NCBI GenBank assembly: GCA_019923695.1
Contig: JAHXGO010000002.1
Coordinates: 1 to 37,741 of the forward strand
Origin: Candidatus Liptonbacteria bacterium
Lineage (GTDB): Bacteria; Patescibacteriota; Minisyncoccia; UBA6257; Colwellbacteraceae
Length of the DNA: 37,741 nt
Reading direction: 5' to 3'
Part shown: piece by piece, positions 7,368 through 16,979 of the stretch
Layout of the letters: each line of letters begins with the position of its first letter
Position numbering within the stretch: the stretch's first letter is position 1
Made by a program: the position numbers and the translations under genes
The notes under the pieces: model-generated
What the model was told of the DNA's origin: nothing
The model's input: the letters and a program-made list of their open reading frames with translations, nothing else
Databases searched by the model: none

Positions 7368-8972
7368 CTATAACCTATCAGGCGAAACTTCGTAATAATT
7401 TAAAATAAACTGCGCCAATTCTCTAAAAGCCGGCATAATCGTCTGACTTGCAAAAATAGGTCCTTTCCCTTTATCCATTCTAATTAAAGCAATAAAACGC
7501 GGGTTATAAGCCGGAGCAAAACCAACAAAAGTATGAATTAATTCGTCAGTATATCCTCCTTTTTGAAAATCGGGAATCTGGGCTGTTCCAGTTTTTCCTG
7601 CTACGCTATAACCACTAATTTGGGCTGACCTAATTTCGTCAACCTTTGCAATCATCATTTCTGTTACCTGACGGCTGGTTTCTTCACTGATTACTCTTCC
7701 TAAACACTCTTGATTGCCCGCTAACAAATGAGGCTTGACCATTAACCCATTATTAGCAATTACATTTATAGCAGTTAAAAGTCTGATAGGAGTAACAGCA
7801 ATGCCTTGACCAAACGAAGCTGTCGCCAAATTAATATCTCTGCCATCTCTTAAGGTCCTTAAGTTGCCAGTTACTTCTCCCGGTAAATCAATGCCTGTTT
7901 TTTTATTTAAGCCAAAATTTTTCAAATAATCATAAAATACGCTCTTGCCTATTTGTTGGGCAACAAAAACAATACCGGTATTAATAGACTTTTCAATAAT
8001 TTTGCTCATATCGGTTTTTCCGTAAGCTCTAAAATCCCAATTTCTAATAGTTCTGTTGTTTAAAGTCACATAACCTTTATCGACGAATTCGGTATAAGGA
8101 GTAATTTTTCCAGTTTCAATGCCAATTGCCATTGTGATAGGTTTTAAAACCGAGCCAGGCTCATAAACACTTTGAACCGCCGGATTCAAAAAATTTTTGA
8201 CTTCAAGTTCTCCGAAATTATTAGGATCAAAATTAGGTAAAAAACTCATCGCTAAAATTTCTCCATTTTTCGGATTCATCACAATTATCATTCCAGATTC
8301 AGCTTTATGTTTAGCAACCGCGTCTCCCAAAATTTTTTCAGCTGCCGCCTGAATATTTCTATCTATGGTTAAATATATATCCTCCCCTTTTTTCGGAGGA
8401 ACTATTTTTTCACCCAAAATAACTCCGGGCTCGCCTTTTAAAATATGATTATAAAAAGATTCAATACCATAACGACCGGAATTTTCAGAAACAAAACCAA
8501 GGAGATGACTGGCCAATCTTTCGTTTGGATAAAAACGATAAGGCTCTTGGCTTATACCAATTCCTTTTAAATTAAGTTTTTGAATTTCTTGAGCTTGTTC
8601 TAAAGAAGCTTTTCTTAATATTATTTCATAAGGGTCTTTTTTATTTGAAATCCTTGATAAAATTTTTTTTTCTTCAATGTTTAAAACTTTTGCTAAAATT
8701 GAAGCGGTCTCATTAATGTTAACAATGTTTTTTGGAACGGCAAAAATTAAAGGATAATATTTTTTTACCGCCACTGGCACAGAGGCTTTATTTTTATCCG
8801 TGAAAAAAATATTTCCCCTTTCCGGTTCAAGGTCAAAAGCTAAACGCCGATGAGCTTCGGCTCTAACCATAAAATAATCTCCTCTGTTCAGTTGAAGATG
8901 ATAAAAATTCGCCAAAAGAACGGCATAAACTAAAGTAAAAATTATAAAAATCAGCGAGAAGCGAATTCCCAT
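7368..8972 (-). CDS. ftsI: Class B penicillin-binding protein (FtsI-like)
   Basis: YEPGSVLK (SxxK), KSIN (SxN), KTGTAQ; N-terminal TM segment; follows mraZ-rsmH-ftsL. Confidence 0.92.
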   Translation of the reverse strand: MGIRFSLIFIIFTLVYAVLLANFYHLQLNRGDYFMVRAEAHRRLAFDLEPERGNIFFTDKNKASVPVAVKKYYPLIFAVPKNIVNINETASILAKVLNIEEKKILSRISNKKDPYEIILRKASLEQAQEIQKLNLKGIGISQEPYRFYPNERLASHLLGFVSENSGRYGIESFYNHILKGEPGVILGEKIVPPKKGEDIYLTIDRNIQAAAEKILGDAVAKHKAESGMIIVMNPKNGEILAMSFLPNFDPNNFGELEVKNFLNPAVQSVYEPGSVLKPITMAIGIETGKITPYTEFVDKGYVTLNNRTIRNWDFRAYGKTDMSKIIEKSINTGIVFVAQQIGKSVFYDYLKNFGLNKKTGIDLPGEVTGNLRTLRDGRDINLATASFGQGIAVTPIRLLTAINVIANNGLMVKPHLLAGNQECLGRVISEETSRQVTEMMIAKVDEIRSAQISGYSVAGKTGTAQIPDFQKGGYTDELIHTFVGFAPAYNPRFIALIRMDKGKGPIFASQTIMPAFRELAQFILNYYEVSPDRL

Positions 8973-9244
8973 TGGGGGTTTTTATCTTTTATTAAACCTT
9001 TTTCTTGAGCTAATATTTCTAAATTCTTGATATCCGTCAACCCAAATAAATTATTATTAAGTTCGGCATTTGAAAGCTTTAAATCCGCAATTTTATTCCC
9101 AAGCGAGTTTATTTCATGACGGTAAGTGACAGAATAAGCATAAAAAAAGACTGAAACAGCAAGGCCGACCAAAACCCCTCCTCCAAAAAATAAAATAAGG
9201 GTATCTAAAAAAGTTTTTTTTCTACTTGGTTGAATAACGGTCAT
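8951..9244 (-). CDS. FtsL-like bitopic coiled-coil protein
   Basis: One TM segment plus heptad Leu region, at the ftsL position between rsmH and ftsI. Confidence 0.7.
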   Translation of the reverse strand: MTVIQPSRKKTFLDTLILFFGGGVLVGLAVSVFFYAYSVTYRHEINSLGNKIADLKLSNAELNNNLFGLTDIKNLEILAQEKGLIKDKNPQWEFASR

Positions 9245-9271
9245 TTTTTTATTAATTATTTTAATTTTTCA

Positions 9272-10141
9272 TTAATTAATTTTTATCGCCCTTAATTTGG
9301 CTGATCTGCTCCGAGGATTATTTCTGATTTCCAAAAAATTTGGAACTAAGGGTTTTTGATTTATTAATTCAGCTTCTTCTTTTTGAACCATTTTTTTAAA
9401 TTGTTCTTTGACTATTTTGTCTTCAAGCGACTGAAAAGTAATAATCGCCACCCGGCCGCTTTTTTTAATAATTTCAGGCAAAATTGCTAAAACTTCCACT
9501 AAATTTTTCAATTCATTATTAATATAAATCCTAAAAGCCAAGAAAGTTTTTGTGGCCGGATGTATTTTCCCTCTTTTTGGGACAACCGACTCTATGACTC
9601 TAACTAAATCTTCTGTGGTTTCAATCCATTTTTTTCTTTCTGTTTTAAAAATAGCTTCGCTTATTCTTCCGGCATAACGCTCGTCGCTTAATCTAATAAT
9701 CTCAAAAATTTCTTGTCTACTTAATCGTCTTAAAGCTCTGTAAAGAGGTTCTGCTTTTTTATCGTAAGTCATTAGTAGCGGCTCGTTTCTCAAAAAACTA
9801 AATCCCCTTCCTGATTTTTCAAGTTGTTCAGAAGAAACGCCAAGATCCAATAAAAGACCGTCAGCTTTCGATAGTTTCTTTTTTTTCAAAACTTCTTTTA
9901 GTGCCGTGTAATTAGCTTTAACTAAAATAATTTTTGAACTATGATTCTGCCATTTTAATTTTGCCGCTCTTATCATTTCTTCGTCTAAGTCCAACCCCAA
10001 AAATATGCCATTAGGAGAAATTACTTTTAAAATTTCAAACGCATGTCCTCCTCCATCAATAGTGCCATCAATAAAAAAATCGCCGGGCTTAGGATTCAAT
10101 ATATTTATTACTTCTTGTAAAAGAACTGGTTTATGATTCAT
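9272..10141 (-). CDS. rsmH: 16S rRNA m4C1402 methyltransferase RsmH
   Basis: HKPVLL, DGTIDGGGHA, DLGVSS, NPRSRSAKLR. Confidence 0.97.
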   Translation of the reverse strand: MNHKPVLLQEVINILNPKPGDFFIDGTIDGGGHAFEILKVISPNGIFLGLDLDEEMIRAAKLKWQNHSSKIILVKANYTALKEVLKKKKLSKADGLLLDLGVSSEQLEKSGRGFSFLRNEPLLMTYDKKAEPLYRALRRLSRQEIFEIIRLSDERYAGRISEAIFKTERKKWIETTEDLVRVIESVVPKRGKIHPATKTFLAFRIYINNELKNLVEVLAILPEIIKKSGRVAIITFQSLEDKIVKEQFKKMVQKEEAELINQKPLVPNFLEIRNNPRSRSAKLRAIKIN

Positions 10142-10181
10142 ATTAAAATTTTACATTGTTATTTTTGATTTTATGAAATTT

Positions 10182-10613
10182 TTATATTCCCAGCGCCGAC
10201 AATTTTTCCGCTATTTCGTCAGAGGCGTTCTCGGTTTTTTCTTTGTATATTCTCCAGCTTTCTTTGTCCCAAATTTCAATTCGATTGTACAAACCGGCGA
10301 CTACAGACTCCTTTTCTAAATTAGCGTATTGTCTTAAATATTCAGGAAGCAAAACTCTGCCCTGATTATCCAGCTCACAATCAACAGCCCCGGCAAGCAT
10401 AAGTCTGACAAAAGCCCTTGAATTAGCTTGAGCTAAGGGCAAAGCAATAAGTTTTTGGGCTAAAACTTCCCAATCTTTTGAGGTAAAAATAAAAAGACAT
10501 CGATCTAATCCTTTAGTCACAATTGCCCCTTCTAAAAGCTGACTTCGAAATTTAACAGGAACGGCAATTCTACCTTTTAAATCAATATTGTGTTTGTATT
10601 CGCCTATAAACAT
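10182..10613 (-). CDS. mraZ: Transcriptional regulator MraZ
   Basis: MFIGEY, DLKGRI, DNQGRV, RIEIW. Confidence 0.97.
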   Translation of the reverse strand: MFIGEYKHNIDLKGRIAVPVKFRSQLLEGAIVTKGLDRCLFIFTSKDWEVLAQKLIALPLAQANSRAFVRLMLAGAVDCELDNQGRVLLPEYLRQYANLEKESVVAGLYNRIEIWDKESWRIYKEKTENASDEIAEKLSALGI

Positions 10614-10655
10614 ATTAAAAATTTTTTAATTTTACAGGGGTTTAATAGTTTAAAG

Positions 10656-10813
10656 TTATCCACAGAAATAACCAGTTCTCCACATAGTTATCCACAATTC
10701 CCCACTTTTATTAGAATCCTATTCTATTCCTTGTCTTAAGTCAAAGTTTAAACAAAACCCTAAAAAAATGAGTATTTTAAAGGATTTTTAAACAATTTAT
10801 AAAATTATCCACA
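10656..10813 (-). promoter_or_regulatory. GTGG (MraZ-box-like) repeats overlapping DnaA-box consensus sites upstream of mraZ
   Basis: CCAC at 10660, 10680, 10692, 10702; exact TTATCCACA at 10656, 10688, 10805. Confidence 0.7.
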
Positions 10814-10989
10814 TGTGCTAAACAAACTTTTTTATAACCAACTAACGAATTTATAATTTAATATGTTTCTATAAAATATATTTTGAACAAAAACGCCAAG
10901 TATCCACTTTACTATATGGTTTCAATTTCATTTCTATTACGCAAAAACACGCAAAAAAAACATAAAAATACCGCTAATCTAAAATACAA

Positions 10990-11013
10990 ACCACTATGCT
11001 ATAGCATAGTGGT
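10990..11013. repeat. 24-bp perfect palindrome, repeated at 15377-15402 and partly at 7076-7091
   Basis: accactatgcta|tagcatagtggt. Confidence 0.9.
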
Positions 11014-11122
11014 CAAAAAATATAAAAATAAATCTCATTAAAAACGGAATAATTTAAACATAGCGAACTTTAGACTTAATGTAGTTCTCCATAAAGAATC
11101 GGAGATCTAATATATTAAAAAA

Positions 11123-11833
11123 TTAAAATTTTAAATATTTAAACCATCTTTCGTAAAGCTCTTTGGTCGCTCTTAAATCTCTAACATTATATCGAGCAAT
11201 ATCCAAAAATTTTTTTTCGGAAAAAAGTTTAGCTACTTCGTCTCCAGTTGTCCCGCCAACCTTGGGACTTGGGATATTAAACGCCCTACTCCATAAATGA
11301 AGATTCCCCTTTTTTCTTACAGCTCCGTAAAAACTTAATTGGTCCATAAGATCAACATGTATAACTCCAAATTTTTGACGTTCAAGATAACGATTTGACA
11401 TTAAATCTTTAGTCGACTTTATCCCCAAAATAGCAGAACGAATCATAATAAAAGGAGCATCAAATCCCCTGCCGTTAAAACTTATAAATTCGTCGTACTT
11501 TTCCGCTATCTGCCAAAATTGGTTTAAAATTTCCAGCTCGGACATCTGCTTAAATTTAATATTATCCTCAACAAAGTCTTCAATTTGCTTTCCGGGCGCC
11601 TGAAAATAAACCCCGCCTTGATTTTTTTCCGAATCTAAAATACCCAAAGAAACAATTTCCCCGGTTAAAGGTGAAAACCCCAAACCGCTTATTATATCCT
11701 CCAGGGCGCTATCGTATTCCTCTTCGTTTAATGATTCTTTTTTAAGCCAATTAGTCAAAAAAAATTTTGTGGTTTCATCAATAGAGCCGAAATCTTCGCC
11801 CACAGTTTCAATATCAAAAATAAGTTTTGGCAT
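11123..11833 (-). CDS. DEDDy 3'-5' exonuclease / RNase H-like domain protein
   Basis: IFDIET (ExoI), FNGRGFD (ExoII), YNVRD (ExoIII). Confidence 0.88.
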   Translation of the reverse strand: MPKLIFDIETVGEDFGSIDETTKFFLTNWLKKESLNEEEYDSALEDIISGLGFSPLTGEIVSLGILDSEKNQGGVYFQAPGKQIEDFVEDNIKFKQMSELEILNQFWQIAEKYDEFISFNGRGFDAPFIMIRSAILGIKSTKDLMSNRYLERQKFGVIHVDLMDQLSFYGAVRKKGNLHLWSRAFNIPSPKVGGTTGDEVAKLFSEKKFLDIARYNVRDLRATKELYERWFKYLKF

Positions 11834-11850
11834 ACTTTTATAAATTTTAA

Positions 11851-12246
11851 TTAAAGCTCTATCTGACAGCCGCTAACTTGACTTAATTTTTCAAAGTTTT
11901 GGAGACCAACTAATCTTTCATTGTTAGGAAAAACCCAAGTTGGAAAATTATTAATTTTTTTATCAATACATTTTTGAGGCTCTAACCTACAATTAACATA
12001 ATTAATAAAACGAAAAGATTGACTAAACATTCTCCTTTGTTCTTTACAGGCCGGACAAAAATCATTGCCATACATAATAATTCCAGTTTTACTTAAGCAA
12101 TCAGCGAATTTATCTATTTTCGAAATAGGCAAATTATCAACGATTTCTTGATTTTTATTTTGACTAAAAACATAAAACGAAACAATAACCCCAACTAACA
12201 AAATCAAGATTAAAGCGATTGCAAAGATAATTATTTTTTTATTCAT
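11851..12246 (-). CDS. Membrane-anchored thioredoxin-fold protein
   Basis: N-terminal TM segment, CPAC motif, FPTW cis-Pro loop. Confidence 0.85.
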   Translation of the reverse strand: MNKKIIIFAIALILILLVGVIVSFYVFSQNKNQEIVDNLPISKIDKFADCLSKTGIIMYGNDFCPACKEQRRMFSQSFRFINYVNCRLEPQKCIDKKINNFPTWVFPNNERLVGLQNFEKLSQVSGCQIEL

Positions 12247-12277
12247 ATTATTTATTTTTTAAAATTATTTTCCTTAT

Positions 12278-12778
12278 TTATTCATCGCAACAATCAACAA
12301 GTTTATTAACTATATCTTCTAAACTCCAAGCCTTGTCTTCTTTAGCAACTTTTTTAATATCTGTAATGTTGATAAGTTTTAATTTTAACCCCCAAAATAA
12401 AGAATAAAGTTTATAGGCGTAAGAAAAAATTTTTTGAGCTTCTTCTTTTTTACCGTCACTATAAAGCTTTGTCCCAACCTCCATCAGTCTCATTGTCGCC
12501 GCTAAAAGATGTTTTGCGGCGCACCAAGTCTCACCTTCATGTTTTTCAATCATTCTGGCAAGAAGTTCTTTTCTTAATGACCGTGTTTCATCAAGCAAAT
12601 TATAATAACTTGGATCTTCAGTGCGACTGGCGGTAAAGAAAAAATGTTCTTCAAGACTTATTAAATTCATAATAGCAATACTTAAGTCCTCTTCTGACGA
12701 AAGGTCAATATCTTTTTTCTGATTAAAGTCCTTTATTTTCTCAAGAAGTTTTTCCAACCCGCCTTTTTTATCTTCCAT
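12278..12778 (-). CDS. Hypothetical alpha-helical protein ending in DCCDE
   Basis: Clean 166-aa ORF operonic with ccdA-like and Trx-like genes; EEH, WCAAKH and CC motifs. Confidence 0.8.
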   Translation of the reverse strand: MEDKKGGLEKLLEKIKDFNQKKDIDLSSEEDLSIAIMNLISLEEHFFFTASRTEDPSYYNLLDETRSLRKELLARMIEKHEGETWCAAKHLLAATMRLMEVGTKLYSDGKKEEAQKIFSYAYKLYSLFWGLKLKLINITDIKKVAKEDKAWSLEDIVNKLVDCCDE

Positions 12779-12791
12779 AATAAAAATTTAA

Positions 12792-13595
12792 TTAAAACTT
12801 AATAAAAAAAATTATAACCCCTAAAATGATCATTGCCAAGCCGGCAAAAACTTGGCGTTTTAACGAGCTTTTTTCTTTCCATTTATTAATAATCTCCAAA
12901 AACTTTTTGTCCAAAGCCAAAAAAAGAACTATTACAAGAGGAAGAACAAAAATAAGGTTATAAACTAAAAGATACCCAACCCCCTGTAAAAAAGTAGCCC
13001 TATCGCTTAAAAAAGCTAAAATCGCTAAATAAACCATCCCCGTGCAAGGAAACTCAAAAACTCCAACCAAAGACCCTAAAACAAAAGCCGCGCCAACTGA
13101 ACCCTTTTGTATCAAAACGGCGATTCGTTGGTGAATAAAAGAAGGAACCTTCAATTTTACCGGGGACTTAACCCAAAAAACATTTATTAAACTAATTGAA
13201 CCAGCAAGTATCAAAAAAATAGAAGCGAATTTGGAAAGTATCCCTGAAGGCAGATTTAAATGTCCGATGATATTAAGAAAACCAAGCCCTATGAGAAAAT
13301 AAGTTATAAATATCCCCAAAATATAAGAAATTCCTATTTTAAAAATATTCATTTTCAAAGTCCCCAAGGATAAAAGAAAAGCAACACTAACAAGCAAAAT
13401 CGAAATAGCGCAAGGATTTATTGAATCAATAAAAGCGGCGACGCTGACTAAAAGAAAAAAAGCCTTAGGATTATACAAATAATCATCAAGATTCCCATCT
13501 CTGGGAAGAAAATTTTCATTAAAAAGAAAAGCTCCGAATAAAATAATGAAAAAAAGAACTGTTATTATTAAAATTTTTCTTTGTATAAATTTCAT
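12792..13595 (-). CDS. CcdA/DsbD-type transmembrane disulfide-exchange protein
   Basis: Multiple TM helices with paired PC motifs (DSINPCA, EFPCTG). Confidence 0.87.
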   Translation of the reverse strand: MKFIQRKILIITVLFFIILFGAFLFNENFLPRDGNLDDYLYNPKAFFLLVSVAAFIDSINPCAISILLVSVAFLLSLGTLKMNIFKIGISYILGIFITYFLIGLGFLNIIGHLNLPSGILSKFASIFLILAGSISLINVFWVKSPVKLKVPSFIHQRIAVLIQKGSVGAAFVLGSLVGVFEFPCTGMVYLAILAFLSDRATFLQGVGYLLVYNLIFVLPLVIVLFLALDKKFLEIINKWKEKSSLKRQVFAGLAMIILGVIIFFIKF

Positions 13596-13900
13596 AATAA
13601 AATGAAGCTTTGATATTGAATATGAATCTTATTTAAAAGATTTTGATATAACCTCTAAAAAGACGCATAAAATATAGTAAATTAACTCAATCGTCAGATT
13701 AAAAAAATTTTTATGGCATTTTATGTCGAACTATCTCCCCCTTAAAATATCAAACAATTGGGCCAAATCGCCATACTATTAAAAAGTATTATACCATTTT
13801 CAGAAAAAATCGCCAGTATGATAAAACAAAGCTTAACATATTGAGTTTATATTTCACTATGACAAACTTTAGTTTAATATAAAATATACAATCCTTAATA

Positions 13901-14659
13901 TTACAAAGTTAAAACTTTTGGGCCTGATTTTGTAACAGCAATTGTATGTTCAAAATGAGCTGATAAACTTCTGTCGCTGGTGATAAAACTTCCATCATCA
14001 AGTTCTAAAATGATAGAAGAACCCAAACTAAACATCGGTTCAAGAGCAATAACCATTCCCTCGACAAGAGTCATTCCTTTTCCTTTTTCTCCAAAATTAT
14101 AAACCATCGGCTCTTCATGAGGATAAAAACCAACTCCATGACCGCCTAACCCCCTAATAACATTAACTCTATTTTTCCGGGCAACTTTTTCAATTGCCGC
14201 GCCAACATCGCCAAGTTGATTTCCGATTTTTAAGACTTTAATACCAGCTGTTAAGGCCTGTTTTGTTGCTTTAATTAAACGACAAACATCAGAAGAAGCC
14301 GAACCAATTATCAAAGTTGTTGCGGCATCGCTAATAAGTCCTTTATATTTTATACCAACATCAATTTTCAATAAGTCCCTATCTTTTAAAACATAATCAT
14401 CGGGAATACCATGAACAACGGTTTCATTTAACGATAAACAAATATGGCCGGGAAAACCATAACGACTGCCTAAAGGTCTGTAATACAAAAAAGCTGATTC
14501 CGCTTTTTTTGATTTAATTATTTCAGCCGCTAATTTATCAAGCTCGATTAAACTAACCCCAATTTTCGCGGCTTTGCGTAGTTTTTTTAAAACTAAAGAC
14601 AAAATTCGTCCGGACTTTCTTATCCCATCTATCTCTTTTTTATTTTTTAGAAGAACCAT
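13901..14659 (-). CDS. map: Methionine aminopeptidase type I
   Basis: VVHGIP, KIDVG, GHGVG..HEEP, ALEPM, SAHFEHT. Confidence 0.97.
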   Translation of the reverse strand: MVLLKNKKEIDGIRKSGRILSLVLKKLRKAAKIGVSLIELDKLAAEIIKSKKAESAFLYYRPLGSRYGFPGHICLSLNETVVHGIPDDYVLKDRDLLKIDVGIKYKGLISDAATTLIIGSASSDVCRLIKATKQALTAGIKVLKIGNQLGDVGAAIEKVARKNRVNVIRGLGGHGVGFYPHEEPMVYNFGEKGKGMTLVEGMVIALEPMFSLGSSIILELDDGSFITSDRSLSAHFEHTIAVTKSGPKVLTL

Positions 14660-14665
14660 AAAAAT

Positions 14666-15313
14666 TTACAATTCGTGATTAACGGATAATCTAAAATTCA
14701 GTTTTTTTAAATTTTCAATAATTAATTTAGTAACTTTAGACGGAGAAGGGGTTCCGTCTATTTTTATTAATTTATATCTCTGTTTTTTTAAAATACTAAA
14801 AATGGGTAAAAGATTAGTATTATATACTTGAAATCTTAATTTGATTTTTTCTATCTTGTCGTCCTCTCTGCCTCTTTTGCTGTTTCTTTTTATAGATTCA
14901 TTTAAACTAATATTTATCCAAACAATAAAAATGTTCTTTTTTTCAATTGTTTTTTCTAAAAATTCAAATAAACCCTTTGTCCTTCTGTCGCCAAAAGCCT
15001 GATAATAAGATCGAGGAATTCCCGTTATGACAAGCCCCCTGTTTTGTTTTACTCCGCCTTGTTGGTTAAAAAGTTTTTTGATTTCTTTTTTAACAATTCT
15101 TAAAAGCCAACTATGGTTAACCAACCCCCCTGCCAAAGACAAACTCCTTTGTTGTTTTATAAAAGGATTTTGAAGTTTTTTAGGATCTTCAAATATTGTT
15201 CTAAGATAAGAACCAGCGTCAAAATAACCAAATTTGAATTTTTTTGCCAAAAACTCTCCTTGGGTGTTTTTCCCCGAACCCGGAGGTCCTAAAATAATTA
15301 AAACTGACTGCAT
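14666..15313 (-). CDS. adk: Adenylate kinase, short LID-less type
   Basis: GPPGSGKNTQ, GIPR, RGREDD; lies between secY and map. Start placed at ATG 15313 because the TTG at 15334 lies in a repeat array. Confidence 0.88.
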   Translation of the reverse strand: MQSVLIILGPPGSGKNTQGEFLAKKFKFGYFDAGSYLRTIFEDPKKLQNPFIKQQRSLSLAGGLVNHSWLLRIVKKEIKKLFNQQGGVKQNRGLVITGIPRSYYQAFGDRRTKGLFEFLEKTIEKKNIFIVWINISLNESIKRNSKRGREDDKIEKIKLRFQVYNTNLLPIFSILKKQRYKLIKIDGTPSPSKVTKLIIENLKKLNFRLSVNHEL

Positions 15314-15322
15314 AAATAAATT

Positions 15323-15441
15323 ATAGCATATCAAAGCTTCGCTTCGATATAGTGAATCTCGTTCAATATATCAAACCACCACTATGCTATAGCATAGTGG
15401 TGTACCGCTCGATATATCGAACCTGCGGTTCAAAAATTTAA
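15323..15441. repeat. Palindromic-core array between secY and adk
   Basis: Cores at 15323, 15344, 15363, 15384, 15409, 15430; includes the 26-bp perfect palindrome 15377-15402 and perfect tcgatatatcga. Confidence 0.8.
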
Positions 15442-16718
15442 GTAAATTCTTCGTATTCCCTGATTTTTAATTCAGAATCAATTTTTTTAGTAATTTCTAA
15501 AGCAACGGCAACCACAATCAATAAAGCCGTGCCGCCGATAGTAAGATTAGGTAGGTCAGTTAAAAATTGAGTAATAATCGGTAAAATAGCAACAAAACCA
15601 AGGAACACTGCGCCAAACAAAGTAATTCTGCTAATAACCGAAGAAAGATAACTTATGGTTGGCGGCCCCGGCCTAACCCCCGGAAGAAAACCACCGCTTC
15701 TCTGAAGATTTTTAGCAATTTCTTTGGGATTAAAAACAATCGCAGTATAAAAATAAGTAAAAATAAAAACCAAAATAAAATATAAAATTCCATAAATAAG
15801 ATTATTATTTTGAATTTTAGTGAAAAACTCAAGTATCCTTTCTCCGGCAACAGGAGAAATTCCGGATAAAACCTGACCAATAAATTGGGGAAATATTAAA
15901 ACCGAAACCGCAAAAATAATTGGAATAACGCCGGCCTGATTTAATTTTAATGGTAAATAAGTTGAAACTCCTCCGTAAACCCGATTCCCCCTTATTCTTT
16001 TCGCATAAGAAACAGGGATTTTTCTTTCGGCAGCGTTAATAATAGTAATACCTACTATAACAGCCAAAGCTAAAATAGCAAAAATTAAAATCATATCAAG
16101 CCTCAATATACCCAAACGAAAATTCTCTAAACCGCCGCCTAAGGACATCGGTAAACCGCTGACAATCCCCGCAAAAATAATTAATGAAACTCCACTTCCT
16201 AACTGCTGTTTATTGATTAACTCTCCAAGCCATAAAATAACCATTGAACCAGCAGTAATAACAATCACATTACCTAAAACATTTAATAAAGCGGTTTCGG
16301 CAAATATTCCTTGAGCGGAAAGAAATCTCAAAAAACCGAAGGATTGAAGCGCGGCTAAAGGGACAGTCAGCAAGCGTCCTAAGCGTTCAAATTTTTCCCG
16401 GCCAATAGCTCCTTCTTCATAAAAAATTTCTTTTAATTTAGGGAAGACAACGGTTAAAAGCTGAAGAATAATTGTCGCGGTAATATAAGGAGCAACCCCA
16501 AGCATAGCAATTGAAAGATTCCCCAATGCTCCGCCAGAAAAAATATTTAAATAACCAAGCATCTGATTGCCAGCAACTAATTCTCTTAACCTCTCTTCGT
16601 TTATGCCGGGAATAGGAATAGCGATAAAAATCCTAAAAACAATAAGAAGAAAAATAATTATAAGAATTTTTTTTCTTAAATCTGGAATTTTAAAAACTTG
16701 CTTAATTTTTTCAAACAT
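15438..16718 (-). CDS. secY: Preprotein translocase subunit SecY
   Basis: LGVAPYITATII, AGVIPIIFA, PGVRPG, GGTALLIVV. Confidence 0.98.
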   Translation of the reverse strand: MFEKIKQVFKIPDLRKKILIIIFLLIVFRIFIAIPIPGINEERLRELVAGNQMLGYLNIFSGGALGNLSIAMLGVAPYITATIILQLLTVVFPKLKEIFYEEGAIGREKFERLGRLLTVPLAALQSFGFLRFLSAQGIFAETALLNVLGNVIVITAGSMVILWLGELINKQQLGSGVSLIIFAGIVSGLPMSLGGGLENFRLGILRLDMILIFAILALAVIVGITIINAAERKIPVSYAKRIRGNRVYGGVSTYLPLKLNQAGVIPIIFAVSVLIFPQFIGQVLSGISPVAGERILEFFTKIQNNNLIYGILYFILVFIFTYFYTAIVFNPKEIAKNLQRSGGFLPGVRPGPPTISYLSSVISRITLFGAVFLGFVAILPIITQFLTDLPNLTIGGTALLIVVAVALEITKKIDSELKIREYEEFT

Positions 16719-16741
16719 CTTTTTACTCTTTGCTTTGCGGT

Positions 16742-16927
16742 TTATTTTTTGCCTCTTAACTTCGGAAGTCTTAAGACAAATTCGCGTTCAGCTGGGCGAA
16801 TACGGTGGCCAGCCCGAGATTTCTGTCCTTTAAGACCGCGACCGCAATAATTCCCTTTTTTCCCTCCGCGGCCAATTCTTTTTTTAGGTTTATTTTTATA
16901 AATTGGTTGAAGCTCGTGTAATTGCAT
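16742..16927 (-). CDS. rplO: 50S ribosomal protein uL15, N-terminal part only (61 aa)
   Basis: RIGRGG..G..GRGLKGQKSRAG...RLPKLRG; position before secY. Confidence 0.92.
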   Translation of the reverse strand: MQLHELQPIYKNKPKKRIGRGGKKGNYCGRGLKGQKSRAGHRIRPAEREFVLRLPKLRGKK

Positions 16928-16979
16928 AATGATAATTTAAAATATAAATATTAAAAAATAAATGTTTGAATTTTCAATT

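Noticed and set aside
10656-10813. Replication origin
   Set aside because: Only three perfect boxes, explained by the mraZ promoter context; no dnaA/dnaN nearby and no switch in gene strand bias here.
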